The notes under the pieces were generated by a model, which was not told the origin of the DNA, did no database searches, and saw nothing but the letters and a program-made list of their open reading frames with translations. A stretch of 59,851 bases of DNA. Source: Gemmatimonadaceae bacterium (lineage in GTDB: Bacteria > Gemmatimonadota > Gemmatimonadetes > Gemmatimonadales > Gemmatimonadaceae). Below, piece by piece: positions 1 through 10,725 of the stretch. Made by a program: the position numbers and the translations under genes. Location: contig JACVCT010000001.1 in the NCBI GenBank assembly GCA_016741895.1, forward strand, positions 1 to 59,851. Reading direction: 5' to 3'. Position 1 is the first letter of the stretch; each line of letters starts with the position of its first letter.

Positions 1-1
1 G

Positions 2-1225
2 TATGAGGCGCTGCAGCAGGCGCTGGGCATGGACCCGCAGGACATCCAGAATGTGGTCAAGGAGTCGGGCCTGCGTGGTCGCGGCGGCGCTGGATTCCCC
101 ACGGGCATGAAGTGGTCATTCATGAAGCCCGACGGCAAGACGCACTATCTCTGCTGCAACGCCGACGAGTCGGAGCCCGGCACATTCAAGGATCGCGAGA
201 TCATGCGCTGGACGCCGCACGGCCTCGTGGAGGGCGTGGCGCTGGGCGCGCATGCCATCTACGCGGAGACGGCGTACATCTACATCCGCGGCGAGTTCAC
301 CGAGCCGTACGCGCGCGTCTGTGCGGCGGTGGAGGAGGCCTACGCGGCCGGCATCCTGGGCGCCAACGCCATGGGCAGCGGCAAGCGCGTGGATGTACAC
401 GTGCATCGCGGCGCCGGCGCGTACATCTGCGGTGAGGAAACGGCGCTCATGAACTCGCTGGAGGGGCGTCGCGGCAATCCGCGCATCAAGCCGCCCTTCC
501 CGGCGGTGGCCGGCCTCTTCGGCAAGCCTACCACGATCAACAACGTCGAGACGCTCACCACGGTCCCGTACATCATCAAGAACGGGGCGGAGTGGTACAA
601 GCAGTTCGGACGCCCCGACAACCCCAAGAGCATCGGCACCAAGTTGTTCTCGGTGTGCGGCAACATCAGCCGCCCGGGCAACTATGAGGTCGCGCTCGGG
701 TTTCCGTTCAAGGAGTTCCTGTACGATCTCTGTGGCGGGCCGTTGCCGGGCCGCGAGATCAAGGCGGTCATCCCGGGCGGTTCCTCAGTGCCCATCCTCA
801 CGCGTGAGGAAGCCGAGGCGGCCATCATGGACTATGAAGGCATGGTCGCCGCCGGCACGATGCTGGGCTCGGGCGGCGCCATCGTGTTCGACGACCGCCA
901 GTGCATGGTGCGCCAGATTGCGCGCCTGACGCGGTTCTATGCGCACGAAAGCTGCGCGCAGTGCTCGCAGTGCCGCGAAGGCACGGCGTGGATCACGCGC
1001 ATCATGGAGCGCATCCGCGACGGCGAAGGCGTGGCCGAGGACCTCGACACGCTGCTGTCCATTGCCGACAACATGAGCGGCAAGACGATCTGCGTGCTGA
1101 GCGATTCCTGCGCCACACCGGTCATTTCGGGACTCAAGAAGTTCCGTCACGAGTTCGAGGCGAAGATTGCCGCGAACCCGTCGAAGGTCACCGTTCCCGC
1201 GGCGCTGCGCGCCTCGGCGGCCTGA
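2..1225 (+). CDS. nuoF: NADH-quinone oxidoreductase subunit F, 5'-truncated by window edge
   Basis: GLRGRGGAGFPTG, NADESEPG, GAGAYICGEETAL and N3 ligands (HESCAQCSQC...TIC). Frame is open from base 2. Confidence 0.97.
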   Translation, partial: YEALQQALGMDPQDIQNVVKESGLRGRGGAGFPTGMKWSFMKPDGKTHYLCCNADESEPGTFKDREIMRWTPHGLVEGVALGAHAIYAETAYIYIRGEFTEPYARVCAAVEEAYAAGILGANAMGSGKRVDVHVHRGAGAYICGEETALMNSLEGRRGNPRIKPPFPAVAGLFGKPTTINNVETLTTVPYIIKNGAEWYKQFGRPDNPKSIGTKLFSVCGNISRPGNYEVALGFPFKEFLYDLCGGPLPGREIKAVIPGGSSVPILTREEAEAAIMDYEGMVAAGTMLGSGGAIVFDDRQCMVRQIARLTRFYAHESCAQCSQCREGTAWITRIMERIRDGEGVAEDLDTLLSIADNMSGKTICVLSDSCATPVISGLKKFRHEFEAKIAANPSKVTVPAALRASAA

Positions 1226-1232
1226 GGGACGC

Positions 1233-2834
1233 ATGGCAGAGTTGAAGATGGTGAACCTCACGATCGAGGGCCGTCCGGTGCAGGTGCCGGAGGGTCTGTC
1301 GATCCTCGAGGCCGCCAAGACGGCGGGTGTGCTCATCCCGCACTACTGCTACCACCCGGGTCTCCCGGTGGCGGGCGTGTGCCGCATGTGCCTCGTCGAA
1401 GTGGAGAAGATGCCCAAGCTCGCACCGGCCTGCGCGACGTCGGTGATGGAGGGGCAGGTGGTGCACGTGCACTCCCCCAAGGCGCTCGAGGCGCGCAAGG
1501 GTGTGCTCGAGTTCCTGCTCATCAATCATCCGCTCGATTGCCCCATCTGCGATCAGGCCGGTGAGTGCGAGCTGCAGGACTACACCTTTGCCGAAGGGCG
1601 CGCGGAGTCCCGCTACCGGGAACCCAAGCGCTTCAATCCGGTGGAGGATTTTGGCGGCGATGTGCTGTATGTGCAGACCCGCTGCATCCTCGGCACGCGC
1701 TGCGTGCGCTTCATGAGCGACGTGGCGCAGGAACCTGTGCTCAACGTCTCGGAGCGCGGCGACCGCGCCTTCATCGGCAAGGCCGAGGGCCACGACCTCA
1801 CGAATCCCTGGGCCGCCAATGTCATCGACCTCTGCCCGGTCGGTGCGCTGCTCAGCAAGGATTTCCTCAACAAGGCGCGCGCGTGGGAACTCGATCGCGC
1901 GCCCACGGTGTGCACCGGCTGCAGCCAGGGCTGCAATGCGGTGGCCGAGTCACGTGACAACGTGATCGTGCGCCTCAAGCCGCGCCCCAACGAGGCCGTG
2001 AACCAGTACTACCTCTGCGACGTGGGACGCGCCGGCTACCGGGAGTTCAACCGCCGCGATCGCGCCGACCAGCCGCTGGTGCGCACCGGCGCGGGTCTGG
2101 CCATCGCGGAGTGGGATCAGGCCATCGCCCACGCGGCCCAGGCGCTCGGCGGCGCCCGTCTCGTGGTGCATGTGTCACCCAATCTGTCCAACGAGGCGCT
2201 GTTCCTGCTCGAGCGTCTTCGCACGCAGCTGGGCGGTGTCGGGACGTTCACGGTGACGCGTGGCGAGGAGGCGGTGCTGCCGGGTGCGCCGGATCTGGCG
2301 CTGCGCGCCGAGCGCGCGGCAAATGCCACGGGTGCGCGTGCACTGGGCTTTGCTGAAGTGCCGGCGCTCGATGCCGTTCTGCAGAACGGCGACGCACTGC
2401 TCGTGGTGGGCGACGCGCTCGACGCGGTGCCGGCGGACGTGCTCGCCCGCGCGGCGACGCTCGTGTACGTGGGCACCACGCTGCCGGCGGTCGCCGAGGC
2501 GCGCGCGGCGGTGGTGCTGCCGGTGGCCAACACGATGGAAGAGGAAGGCACGCTGACCAATCTGCGCGGTCGTGTGCAGCGCTATCTGCAGGCGCGCACC
2601 GCACCGGGTGTGGCGCGCCCCACGTGGTACGTGTTGGCCGACCTGCTGTCGGCGTGCGGTGGGGCAGGGCAGTTCTTCCTGCCGTCCGAGGTGTTTGCCG
2701 CGTTGACGCAGGTGCATGCCGCGTTCAGCGGTCTCGACTACGAGTCGCTGGGTCTGCAGGGCCTGCCCATGAATGCCCCCAGCGGTCGCGGCTCCGCTCC
2801 GGCCGATGCCGGGACCTCGGGGGTGACGGCGTGA
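1233..2834 (+). CDS. nuoG: NADH-quinone oxidoreductase subunit G, short form (533 aa)
   Basis: CYHPGL..GVCRMC (N1b), HPLDCPICDQAGEC (N5), CTGCSQGC...C (N7). ATG 1233 follows GAGGGA. Confidence 0.95.
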   Translation: MAELKMVNLTIEGRPVQVPEGLSILEAAKTAGVLIPHYCYHPGLPVAGVCRMCLVEVEKMPKLAPACATSVMEGQVVHVHSPKALEARKGVLEFLLINHPLDCPICDQAGECELQDYTFAEGRAESRYREPKRFNPVEDFGGDVLYVQTRCILGTRCVRFMSDVAQEPVLNVSERGDRAFIGKAEGHDLTNPWAANVIDLCPVGALLSKDFLNKARAWELDRAPTVCTGCSQGCNAVAESRDNVIVRLKPRPNEAVNQYYLCDVGRAGYREFNRRDRADQPLVRTGAGLAIAEWDQAIAHAAQALGGARLVVHVSPNLSNEALFLLERLRTQLGGVGTFTVTRGEEAVLPGAPDLALRAERAANATGARALGFAEVPALDAVLQNGDALLVVGDALDAVPADVLARAATLVYVGTTLPAVAEARAAVVLPVANTMEEEGTLTNLRGRVQRYLQARTAPGVARPTWYVLADLLSACGGAGQFFLPSEVFAALTQVHAAFSGLDYESLGLQGLPMNAPSGRGSAPADAGTSGVTA

Positions 2835-4183
2835 CTGTTCCCCCGATGATCGCCGCCCTCGATCTGGCATCCTGGTTTCCCCGCGCCAACCCGCAGGTTG
2901 CGCCCGAGGCCATCGGGACCTTTGTTGCCGCGAGCATCGTCAAGATTCTCGTCTTCTTTGCCGTCTATCTCGTGACGGTGGCCATGCTCACGCTGCTCGA
3001 GCGCAAGCTGGCCGCCTGGTTCCAGGATCGCCGCGGCCCCAACCGCGTGGGGCCCGGTGGTCTCTTGCAGCCCGTGGCCGACGGCCTCAAGAACTTCATG
3101 AAGGAAGAGACCAATCCGCCGTTTGCGGACAAGTGGCTCTTCATCATCGCGCCGGCGTTGGCCTTCATTCCCGCCCTGCTCACCTGGGCCGTGATTCCCT
3201 TTGCGGCGCCACTGCCCACCCCCTGGGGCCTCGTGGACATGGCCATCGCGCCACTGCCGGTGGGCTTCCTGTTCACGCTCGCGATTTCGTCGCTTGGCGT
3301 GTACGGGCTCGTGCTCGCGGGCTGGGCCTCCAACAACAAGTACGCCCTGCTGGGTGGTTTGCGTTCCAGCGCGCAGATGGTGTCGTACGAAATCGCGATG
3401 GGCATGTCCACCATCCCGGTGCTGTTGCTCGCCGGCAACGTGTCGCTGACGGCCATCGTGCAGCAGCAGGCCACGATGGGCTGGAACGTGCTCTCGCTGA
3501 CGGTCGCCTGGTTCACCTTCCTCGTGGCCGCGTTCGCCGAGACCAACCGTTTGCCGTTCGACCTGCCCGAGGCCGAGTCGGAACTCGTGGCCGGTTACCA
3601 CACCGAGTACAGCGGCATGAAGTTCTCGATGTTCTTCATCGCCGAGTACGCCAACATGCTCACCGTGAGCGGCCTCACCGCGGCGCTGTTCTTCGGTGGT
3701 TGGGATGTGCCCTTCACGCAGTGGGACAACGTGGCGCCGTACACGGTGGCCAAGACCCTCGCGACGCTGGCCATGATGGTCGGGAAGATCGGCTTCTTCA
3801 TCTTCCTCTTCATGTGGATCCGCTGGACGCTGCCGCGATTCCGCTATGACCAGCTGATGTCACTGGGCTGGAGCGTCATGCTGCCGCTCGCGCTGGGCTA
3901 CATCGTGGTCATCGCCAGCGCGACTCTCGCGCTCGACATGCTTGGCGTGGCGCGCGGCCCCATGTTCTCGCTCGCGCTGCTTGGCCTCAACGTGGTGATC
4001 ATCGCCGTCCTGCTGGCCTGGCTCGACCGCGGCAAACTCATCAGCCCTGCGAGCGCCCGCGTGGCGCCCATGGACCTGGAGCGACTCCGGGCGCGGGGGC
4101 TCGACCTCACCCGGCGCCAGCTCACGGCGCCCCGGCCGGCCGTGCAGACGCCGGCCCCGGCACTCACAGAGGGACGCGACTGA
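2831..4183 (+). CDS. nuoH: NADH-quinone oxidoreductase subunit H with C-terminal extension
   Basis: ERK..QDRRGPNRVG, NRLPFDLPEAESEL, PRFRYDQL. GTG overlaps nuoG stop (alternative ATG 2846). Confidence 0.96.
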   Translation: MTVPPMIAALDLASWFPRANPQVAPEAIGTFVAASIVKILVFFAVYLVTVAMLTLLERKLAAWFQDRRGPNRVGPGGLLQPVADGLKNFMKEETNPPFADKWLFIIAPALAFIPALLTWAVIPFAAPLPTPWGLVDMAIAPLPVGFLFTLAISSLGVYGLVLAGWASNNKYALLGGLRSSAQMVSYEIAMGMSTIPVLLLAGNVSLTAIVQQQATMGWNVLSLTVAWFTFLVAAFAETNRLPFDLPEAESELVAGYHTEYSGMKFSMFFIAEYANMLTVSGLTAALFFGGWDVPFTQWDNVAPYTVAKTLATLAMMVGKIGFFIFLFMWIRWTLPRFRYDQLMSLGWSVMLPLALGYIVVIASATLALDMLGVARGPMFSLALLGLNVVIIAVLLAWLDRGKLISPASARVAPMDLERLRARGLDLTRRQLTAPRPAVQTPAPALTEGRD

Positions 4184-4680
4184 TGGCTATCGGCGTCAAG
4201 TTGCTCAATCGGCCGCTCGATCAGGTGAGCTACGTGCGGGCCACCCTCAAGGGCATGGCCACCACGCTCAAGCACCTGGTCGATCCGCACAAGGTCACCA
4301 TGCAGTATCCGGAGACCAAGTGGGATCTTTCGCCGCGCTGGCGCGGCACGCATCGCATGCTCACCACCGAGGACGGCAAGGCCAAGTGCGTGGCTTGCGG
4401 CCTCTGTCCCACGGTGTGTCCCGCCAACTGCATCAAGCTCACGCCCGGCGAGGACGAGCAGGGCAACCGCTATCCGCTGGTGTTCGAGATCGACGAGTTC
4501 CGCTGCATCTTCTGCGGCTACTGCCAGGAAGTGTGTCCGGAGGAGGCCATTCACGTGGGGCGCCACTACGAGAACGCCGAGTACGATCGCGCCTCGTTCG
4601 TGTACGACCTCGAGCGGCTCACAGCGCAGACGCACCCGGTGAGTGAGTTGTGGGACCCTGCAGACCCGAAGGGCGAATGA
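4183..4680 (+). CDS. nuoI: NADH-quinone oxidoreductase subunit I
   Basis: Two CxxCxxCxxxCP motifs; operon position. Confidence 0.97.
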   Translation: MAIGVKLLNRPLDQVSYVRATLKGMATTLKHLVDPHKVTMQYPETKWDLSPRWRGTHRMLTTEDGKAKCVACGLCPTVCPANCIKLTPGEDEQGNRYPLVFEIDEFRCIFCGYCQEVCPEEAIHVGRHYENAEYDRASFVYDLERLTAQTHPVSELWDPADPKGE

Positions 4681-5183
4681 CCGGCTTCTTCGCCTTCCAG
4701 TTCTACCTGTTCGCGCTGCTGGCCATCGCGTCGGCGCTGCTGTTCGTGACGCGCAAGAACCCGGTGCCGGCGGCCCTGTGGCTGGTGAACGTGATGTTCG
4801 CGCTGTCAGGGCTCTACGTCATGCTTGATGCGCCCTTCGTCGGTGCCATTCAGGTGCTGGTGTACGCCGGCGCGATCATGGTGGTGTTCGTCTTCGTCGT
4901 CATGCTGCTCAACCTGGGCCGCAGCGAGATCAGCGATCTGCGTTCACTGGGGGCGCGGCTCGGGGCCGGGTTCGTGGGGCTCGCGCTGCTGGCCAACCTG
5001 CTGGTGGTGCAGCGGCAGCGCTTTCCGCGGCTCGAGTCGGCGCCGGCCTCGGACAACGTGGTCACGCCGGTCGCGGCCTCGCTCTTCACCGACTATCTGG
5101 TGGCCTTCGAACTGACGAGTGTGGTGCTGCTCGTGGCAGTCGTGGGCGCCGTGCTGCTGGCCAAGAAACGGGTGCAGTCATGA
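4677..5183 (+). CDS. nuoJ: NADH-quinone oxidoreductase subunit J
   Basis: [11 protein letters not shown] motif; ATGA overlap with nuoI. Confidence 0.95.
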   Translation: MTGFFAFQFYLFALLAIASALLFVTRKNPVPAALWLVNVMFALSGLYVMLDAPFVGAIQVLVYAGAIMVVFVFVVMLLNLGRSEISDLRSLGARLGAGFVGLALLANLLVVQRQRFPRLESAPASDNVVTPVAASLFTDYLVAFELTSVVLLVAVVGAVLLAKKRVQS

Positions 5184-5473
5184 TCACCGAAGCCCTCATC
5201 GTCTCCGCGATTCTCTTCGCGATCGGCGTGGTCGGCGTGCTGACCCGTCGCAATGCCATCATCCTGTTCATGTGCGCCGAGCTGATGCTCAACGCCGTGA
5301 ATCTCAGCTTCGTGGCCTTTGCCAAGCTGCACAACGTGACCGGTCAGGTGTTCGTGATCATGGTCATGACCGTGGCGGCCGCCGAGGCGGCCATCGGGCT
5401 CGCCATCATCATCTCCGTCTTCCGGCACTACGGTACGGTGGACCTGTCCTCGCTCCGGGCGCTCCGCGGATGA
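5180..5473 (+). CDS. nuoK: NADH-quinone oxidoreductase subunit K
   Basis: ELMLNAVN and [11 protein letters not shown]; 97 aa. Confidence 0.97.
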   Translation: MITEALIVSAILFAIGVVGVLTRRNAIILFMCAELMLNAVNLSFVAFAKLHNVTGQVFVIMVMTVAAAEAAIGLAIIISVFRHYGTVDLSSLRALRG

Positions 5474-7500
5474 TTGCTGCCCTGCTGCCTCTGCTCATAC
5501 TGCTGCCGCTGCTGGGGTTCGCGGCCAACGGCCTCATCGCCGTCACGCGGCGCGCGGAGCCCGGAGCCGATACGCCGTCCACGGCGCGCCATCCGCTTGT
5601 CACCCTGATTGGCCCCGGCGTCATCATCGCCGCCTTCGCCCTCGCCATCGCGCTCTTCATGCGCATGCGTGTGGGCATGAGCGGACCGGCCATCGTGTCG
5701 CTTGGCCAGTGGATGCCCGTGGGCAATCTGGTGATCGACTGGAATTTCCAGCTCGACCAGCTGTCCATGCTGATGGTGCTGGTCATCACCGGCGTGGGCT
5801 CACTCATTCATCTGTTTTCCATCGGCTACATGAAGGAGGACCCGGGCTACGCGCGCTACTTCGCGTATCTCAACCTCTTTGTGGCCTTCATGCTCGTACT
5901 GGTGCTGGGTGGCAGCTACGCGGTGATGTTCGTGGGCTGGGAAGGCGTGGGTCTCGCGTCCTACCTGCTCATCGGCTTCTGGTTCGGCGAGCGGGCCAAT
6001 GTGGAGGCCGGCAAGAAGGCCTTCGTCGTCAATCGCGTGGGTGACTTCGGCTTCCTCGTGGCCATGTTCCTGATCTGGAGCACCACGCAGCATCTCGACT
6101 TCGCCGGAGCGCACGCGGCCCTCACGCCGCTGGCGGGCACGCCCGTCGTGCTGGCCATCGCGCTCATGCTGTTTGTCGGCTGCGCGGGCAAGAGCGCCCA
6201 GCTGCCGCTCTACATCTGGCTGCCGGACGCCATGGCGGGCCCGACTCCGGTGTCGGCGCTCATCCACGCCGCCACGATGGTGACGGCCGGTGTGTATCTG
6301 GTCGCGCGTGCGGCTCCGATTTTCGCCGGTGCGCCGGAGGCCTCGCTGGTGGTGGCCACCGTGGGCGCGCTGACCGCGCTGTTTGCCGCCACGATTGCGC
6401 TGCGGCAGTGGGACATCAAGAAGGTGCTGGCCTACTCCACCGTCTCGCAGCTCGGCTACATGTTCATGGCCGTCGGGGTGGGGGCGTACACCGCCGGCGT
6501 CTTTCATCTGGTCACGCATGCGTTCTTCAAGGCGCTGCTCTTTCTGGGCGCCGGTTCGGTGATTCACGCCATGCATCACGCGTATCACCACACGCACCGT
6601 GACGAGGATCCGCAGGATCTGCGCAACATGGGTGGCCTCGCGCGCTACATGCCGGCCACTGCCGGCGCGATGGCGCTGGCCACGGCCGCCATTGCCGGTG
6701 TGCCGCCGCTCGCCGGCTTCTTCTCAAAGGACGAGATCCTCGCCTCGGTCTTCGCCCGGGCGCACGGCTCGCCGCTGGCCTCGTCCACACTGCTCGGCAT
6801 TCCCGGCTCGACGCTGCTGTACGTGGTGTACGGCATCGGCCTCGTCACCGCGCTGCTGACGGCCATCTACATGACGCGCATGCTGGTCCTGACCTTCTTC
6901 GGTGAGAATCGCACCGGGGAAGGGGAGCGCGCGGCGCTGCACGAGGCCCCGCTCATCATGACCGTGCCGGTGCTGGTGCTCGCAGTCCTCACGGTGGTGG
7001 GCGGTTGGCTCAACCTGCCGTCGCTGCTGCCCATGGGCCCGGTGGGCGTACTCGACAAGTGGCTGGCACCCGTTACGGGTGCGAGCGCCGCGCAACTGGC
7101 TGGCCCCAACGCGCATGTGGATCATGCGACGGAGCTCGTGCTCGTGGCCATTGCCATAGGCATCGCGCTGGTGGGCATTGCCGTGGCGCTGGTGATGTTT
7201 CGTCGACCGCAGGCCGACAAGGCCAATTCGCCGGAAGATCGTTCGCTGCTGGCGCGTGCCTATGGTGTGGACGACATCGTCGACGCAGTCATTGTTCGCC
7301 CCGTGCGCGGTCTGGCCGACGCGGTGCTGACGCGTGGGGTGGAGCGTGGCGTGGACGGCGGGTTTTCAGCCGGCGGGTCGCTGCTCACCCGCACGGCGTC
7401 GCTCGTTGGCGCCAAGCTGCAGGACGGCGATGCCGGCAAGTATGCGTGGCTGCTTGCCGCCGGAGCGATCGTCCTCATCTCCGCCCTCTCGCTGAGCTGA
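5470..7500 (+). CDS. nuoL: NADH-quinone oxidoreductase subunit L
   Basis: [46 protein letters not shown]; ATGA overlap with nuoK. Confidence 0.97.
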   Translation: MIAALLPLLILLPLLGFAANGLIAVTRRAEPGADTPSTARHPLVTLIGPGVIIAAFALAIALFMRMRVGMSGPAIVSLGQWMPVGNLVIDWNFQLDQLSMLMVLVITGVGSLIHLFSIGYMKEDPGYARYFAYLNLFVAFMLVLVLGGSYAVMFVGWEGVGLASYLLIGFWFGERANVEAGKKAFVVNRVGDFGFLVAMFLIWSTTQHLDFAGAHAALTPLAGTPVVLAIALMLFVGCAGKSAQLPLYIWLPDAMAGPTPVSALIHAATMVTAGVYLVARAAPIFAGAPEASLVVATVGALTALFAATIALRQWDIKKVLAYSTVSQLGYMFMAVGVGAYTAGVFHLVTHAFFKALLFLGAGSVIHAMHHAYHHTHRDEDPQDLRNMGGLARYMPATAGAMALATAAIAGVPPLAGFFSKDEILASVFARAHGSPLASSTLLGIPGSTLLYVVYGIGLVTALLTAIYMTRMLVLTFFGENRTGEGERAALHEAPLIMTVPVLVLAVLTVVGGWLNLPSLLPMGPVGVLDKWLAPVTGASAAQLAGPNAHVDHATELVLVAIAIGIALVGIAVALVMFRRPQADKANSPEDRSLLARAYGVDDIVDAVIVRPVRGLADAVLTRGVERGVDGGFSAGGSLLTRTASLVGAKLQDGDAGKYAWLLAAGAIVLISALSLS

Positions 7501-7512
7501 GGCGCACACATC

Positions 7513-9087
7513 ATGCATGATTTTCTCGTATCGATGGGCGTGGATCGCTGGGTGTTGCCGGTGCTCATCGGCTGGCCGGTGGTGGCGGCCGTGCTCGTTC
7601 GGGTGCTCGGTCGTGATGTCTCGCGCGAGCAGAGCGGAACCGAAGCGCCGAGCGGTGGGCCGGATGCCCGCACCCTGACGGCGGCGGCCCTGGTGGTGGA
7701 AGGACTGCTTGCCCTGGCGCTGTGGGGGGTGTTTGATCCCGCGCGCGACGGTTGGCAGGCGCGATGGGATCTGCCATGGCTCCCCGAGTTCGGCGCCACG
7801 GTCAGCCTCGGCGTGGATGGTCTCTCCCTGCCACTCGTGCTCATGACCGGCGTGGTGCTGCCGGTGGCGTTCATTGCCTCGTGGAACAACGTGCGGGTCC
7901 GTACGCCCGCGTTCGGCGCGCTGGCGCTGCTGCTCACGAGCGGACTGATGGGCGTGTTCGTGGCGCTCGACATGCTGGTGTTCTATCTCGCGTGGGAGCT
8001 GATGCTCATTCCCACGTATCTGCTGGTGGGTGTCTGGAGCACGGCGGGGAACACGCGCGCGAGTCTGCGCTATGTGCTGTTCACGCTGGTGGGCTCGTTG
8101 CTCATGCTGGTGGCCATCATCGCCCTGTGGACGGTGGGCGACGGCACGTCCATGCACATCGATGCGCTGAGCACGCTGACGCTGTCTCCCGCCGCGCAGC
8201 TGCTCATGTTCGGCGCGTTCTTCGCGGCCTTCGGCGTGAAGTCGGCGCTCTTCCCGTTCCATACGTGGTTGCCGGACGCGCAGCAGGCGGCGCCCACCTT
8301 TGCCTCGGTAACGCTGGGCCTCAAGGTCGGCGCGTATGCGCTGCTGCGTTTCGCCATTCCGCTGTTCCCGGCGGCGGCCACGCACGACACGGTGCGCATG
8401 GTGATTCTCGTGCTCAGCGTGGTGTCCATCGTGTACGGCGCTCTGGTGGCGCTGGCGCAGAAGGATCTCAAGCGGCTCATCTCCTACAGCTCCATCAGTC
8501 ACCTCGGCTTCATCATGCTGGGCTGCTTCACGCTCACGCAGCAGAGCGTCGAAGGCGCGGTGATGAGCATTGTGAACAGCGGCCTCGCCACCTCGGCGCT
8601 GTTCCTGGTGGCCGGCATGCTGGAGGATCGCACGGGCAGCACCTCGCTCGACGCCTTCGGCGGTGTGGCACGACGCACGCCCATGCTGGCCACCATGCTG
8701 GTGGTGGCCATGCTGTCCACGGTGGCCCTGCCGGGCACCGCCGGCTTCGTGGGTGAGTTCCTGGTGCTCATCGGCACCTACGCCGAGTTTCCTGTGCTGG
8801 CCATCATTGCCACGAGTGGCGTGGTGTTCGCCGCAGCCTATGGCTTGAAGGCCCTGCAGGCCGTGCTGTTTGGTCCGTTCGATGCGGAACGCCACGCGGG
8901 GCTGCGCGATCTCGGGTTTCACGAGCGTGCAACACTCGTGCTGCTGGCGGCGGCCATCGTGGCGGTGGGTGTGGCGCCCGCGCCTGTGCTGCAGCGCCTC
9001 GATCGCCCCACACAAAGTCTCATTGAAGCGGTGCGCTTCGGGCCCAACGCCCCGGCGCCCACTCCCCCTGTTTCGCTGGGACGTTGA
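7513..9087 (+). CDS. nuoM: NADH-quinone oxidoreductase subunit M (divergent)
   Basis: WELML, FHTWLPDA, YSSISHLG, LPGTAGFVGEF. Confidence 0.94.
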   Translation: MHDFLVSMGVDRWVLPVLIGWPVVAAVLVRVLGRDVSREQSGTEAPSGGPDARTLTAAALVVEGLLALALWGVFDPARDGWQARWDLPWLPEFGATVSLGVDGLSLPLVLMTGVVLPVAFIASWNNVRVRTPAFGALALLLTSGLMGVFVALDMLVFYLAWELMLIPTYLLVGVWSTAGNTRASLRYVLFTLVGSLLMLVAIIALWTVGDGTSMHIDALSTLTLSPAAQLLMFGAFFAAFGVKSALFPFHTWLPDAQQAAPTFASVTLGLKVGAYALLRFAIPLFPAAATHDTVRMVILVLSVVSIVYGALVALAQKDLKRLISYSSISHLGFIMLGCFTLTQQSVEGAVMSIVNSGLATSALFLVAGMLEDRTGSTSLDAFGGVARRTPMLATMLVVAMLSTVALPGTAGFVGEFLVLIGTYAEFPVLAIIATSGVVFAAAYGLKALQAVLFGPFDAERHAGLRDLGFHERATLVLLAAAIVAVGVAPAPVLQRLDRPTQSLIEAVRFGPNAPAPTPPVSLGR

Positions 9088-9090
9088 CGG

Positions 9091-10656
9091 ATGACGGATG
9101 TCATGAACGCCGGCGCCATTCTGCAGGCCCTTGCTCCCGAGCTGCTGTTGTCAGCCGGAGCCATGGCCATGCTGCTGGCTGCCGTCTGGAAGCCGCAGCA
9201 GGTCGCCGCGGCGTCGGCTGAAGGAGCCGAGCGTACCATCGCGCTCACGCGCTTCGGCACGGCACTGTGCCTGCTGGCGGCGCTTGTGGTGGCCATTGCC
9301 TGGGGTGACGGCGTCGGAGGCACGCCCGATGGACGGATCGCCGGCGACGGATTCCGCTGGGCGGTGGACTTCGTACTGCTGCTCGGCACCATCCTCACGC
9401 TCGGCCTAGTGGAGATCGATCATCATCGCAGCGGCGCCTACAGCCCCGAAGTCCCCGTGCTCATCATCCTGGCCACGGTGGGCATGATGGTGCTGGCGGC
9501 TGCACGCGATCTGATGTTCGTGTTTCTCGGCATCGAACTCATGTCGCTGGCCGTGTATGTGCTGGCTGGCCTCAACCGGCGCAGCGCGCGCGGCGCCGAA
9601 TCGGCCATCAAGTACTTCCTGCTGGGCGCGGTCTCCAGCGGATTCCTGCTCTACGGTGTGGCGCTGCTGTATGGTGCCACCGGCAGCACGCGACTGGAGG
9701 ACATCGGTCAGTGGGCGGCCGCGCAGGCCACATTCTCACCCGTCTTTGTGGTGGGCATCGCGCTGCTCTTCGTGGGCTTCGGCTTCAAGGTGGCGGCGGC
9801 GCCCTTCCACCTGTGGACGCCCGACGTGTACGACGGCGCGCCGTTGCCCATCACGGCCTACATGTCGGCCACGGTGAAGACGGCGGCGTTTGCCGTGTTC
9901 GCGCGGGTGCTGGTGGAGTCTCTGGCGGCAGCGGCACCGCGCTGGCACAGCAGCTTGTGGTGGCTGGCGGTGGTCACGATGGTCGTGGGCAATGTGTTTG
10001 CCCTGTCGCAGAAGAATCTCGTGCGCATGATGGCCTACTCGAGCATCGCGCACGCCGGCTATCTGCTGGTGGCGCTGGTGGTGGCCACTCCCGCTTCGAC
10101 GTCGGCTCTCGTGTTCTACATGGTGTCCTACACGTTGGCCACGATGGGCGCCTTCGCCGTGCTGATCGTGGTCAACAACGGCCGCGATCGCAGTCTCACC
10201 GTGGATGACATGGCGGGGCTTTGGCTCGAGCGGCCGTGGCTCGCCAGCGCGATGGCTGTCTTCCTGCTGGCCTTCATGGGCATGCCGCTGGTCGGTGGCA
10301 TGGGCTTCTTCGCCAAGTGGTTCGTGCTGCAGGCCGCCCTGCAGGCACCGGCGCCACAGACCATTCTGGCGGTGATTCTCGTGGCCACCAGTGCCGTGTC
10401 GGCGGCCTACTACCTGGGCGTCGTGGCGGCCATGTTCATGCGCCCGCGTCCCGCCGATCAGCCGCTGCCGTCCATGCCGATGCTGGCGCAGTCGCTCATC
10501 ACGGCCACCGCCGCCCTCCTGCTGTTCTTCGGCATGTATCCCACGCCGGTCACCCGCCTGGCGCAACTGGCCATCACCAGCGGCAATACGCCGGCGGCTC
10601 CGGTCCCCGAGCGCGGGGCGCCCACCCGCATTCAAGCCGCCAGCGTCGCGCCCTGA
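9091..10656 (+). CDS. nuoN: NADH-quinone oxidoreductase subunit N
   Basis: ESAIKYF, FKVAAAPFHLWTPDVYDGAP, AYSSIAHAGY. Confidence 0.96.
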   Translation: MTDVMNAGAILQALAPELLLSAGAMAMLLAAVWKPQQVAAASAEGAERTIALTRFGTALCLLAALVVAIAWGDGVGGTPDGRIAGDGFRWAVDFVLLLGTILTLGLVEIDHHRSGAYSPEVPVLIILATVGMMVLAAARDLMFVFLGIELMSLAVYVLAGLNRRSARGAESAIKYFLLGAVSSGFLLYGVALLYGATGSTRLEDIGQWAAAQATFSPVFVVGIALLFVGFGFKVAAAPFHLWTPDVYDGAPLPITAYMSATVKTAAFAVFARVLVESLAAAAPRWHSSLWWLAVVTMVVGNVFALSQKNLVRMMAYSSIAHAGYLLVALVVATPASTSALVFYMVSYTLATMGAFAVLIVVNNGRDRSLTVDDMAGLWLERPWLASAMAVFLLAFMGMPLVGGMGFFAKWFVLQAALQAPAPQTILAVILVATSAVSAAYYLGVVAAMFMRPRPADQPLPSMPMLAQSLITATAALLLFFGMYPTPVTRLAQLAITSGNTPAAPVPERGAPTRIQAASVAP

Positions 10657-10725
10657 GTAGTTTGATAGAGGCCGGAGCGCATCGACTCCGGCCGGTCCGG
10701 TCCCGCAATCCCAACTGAGCCAATC

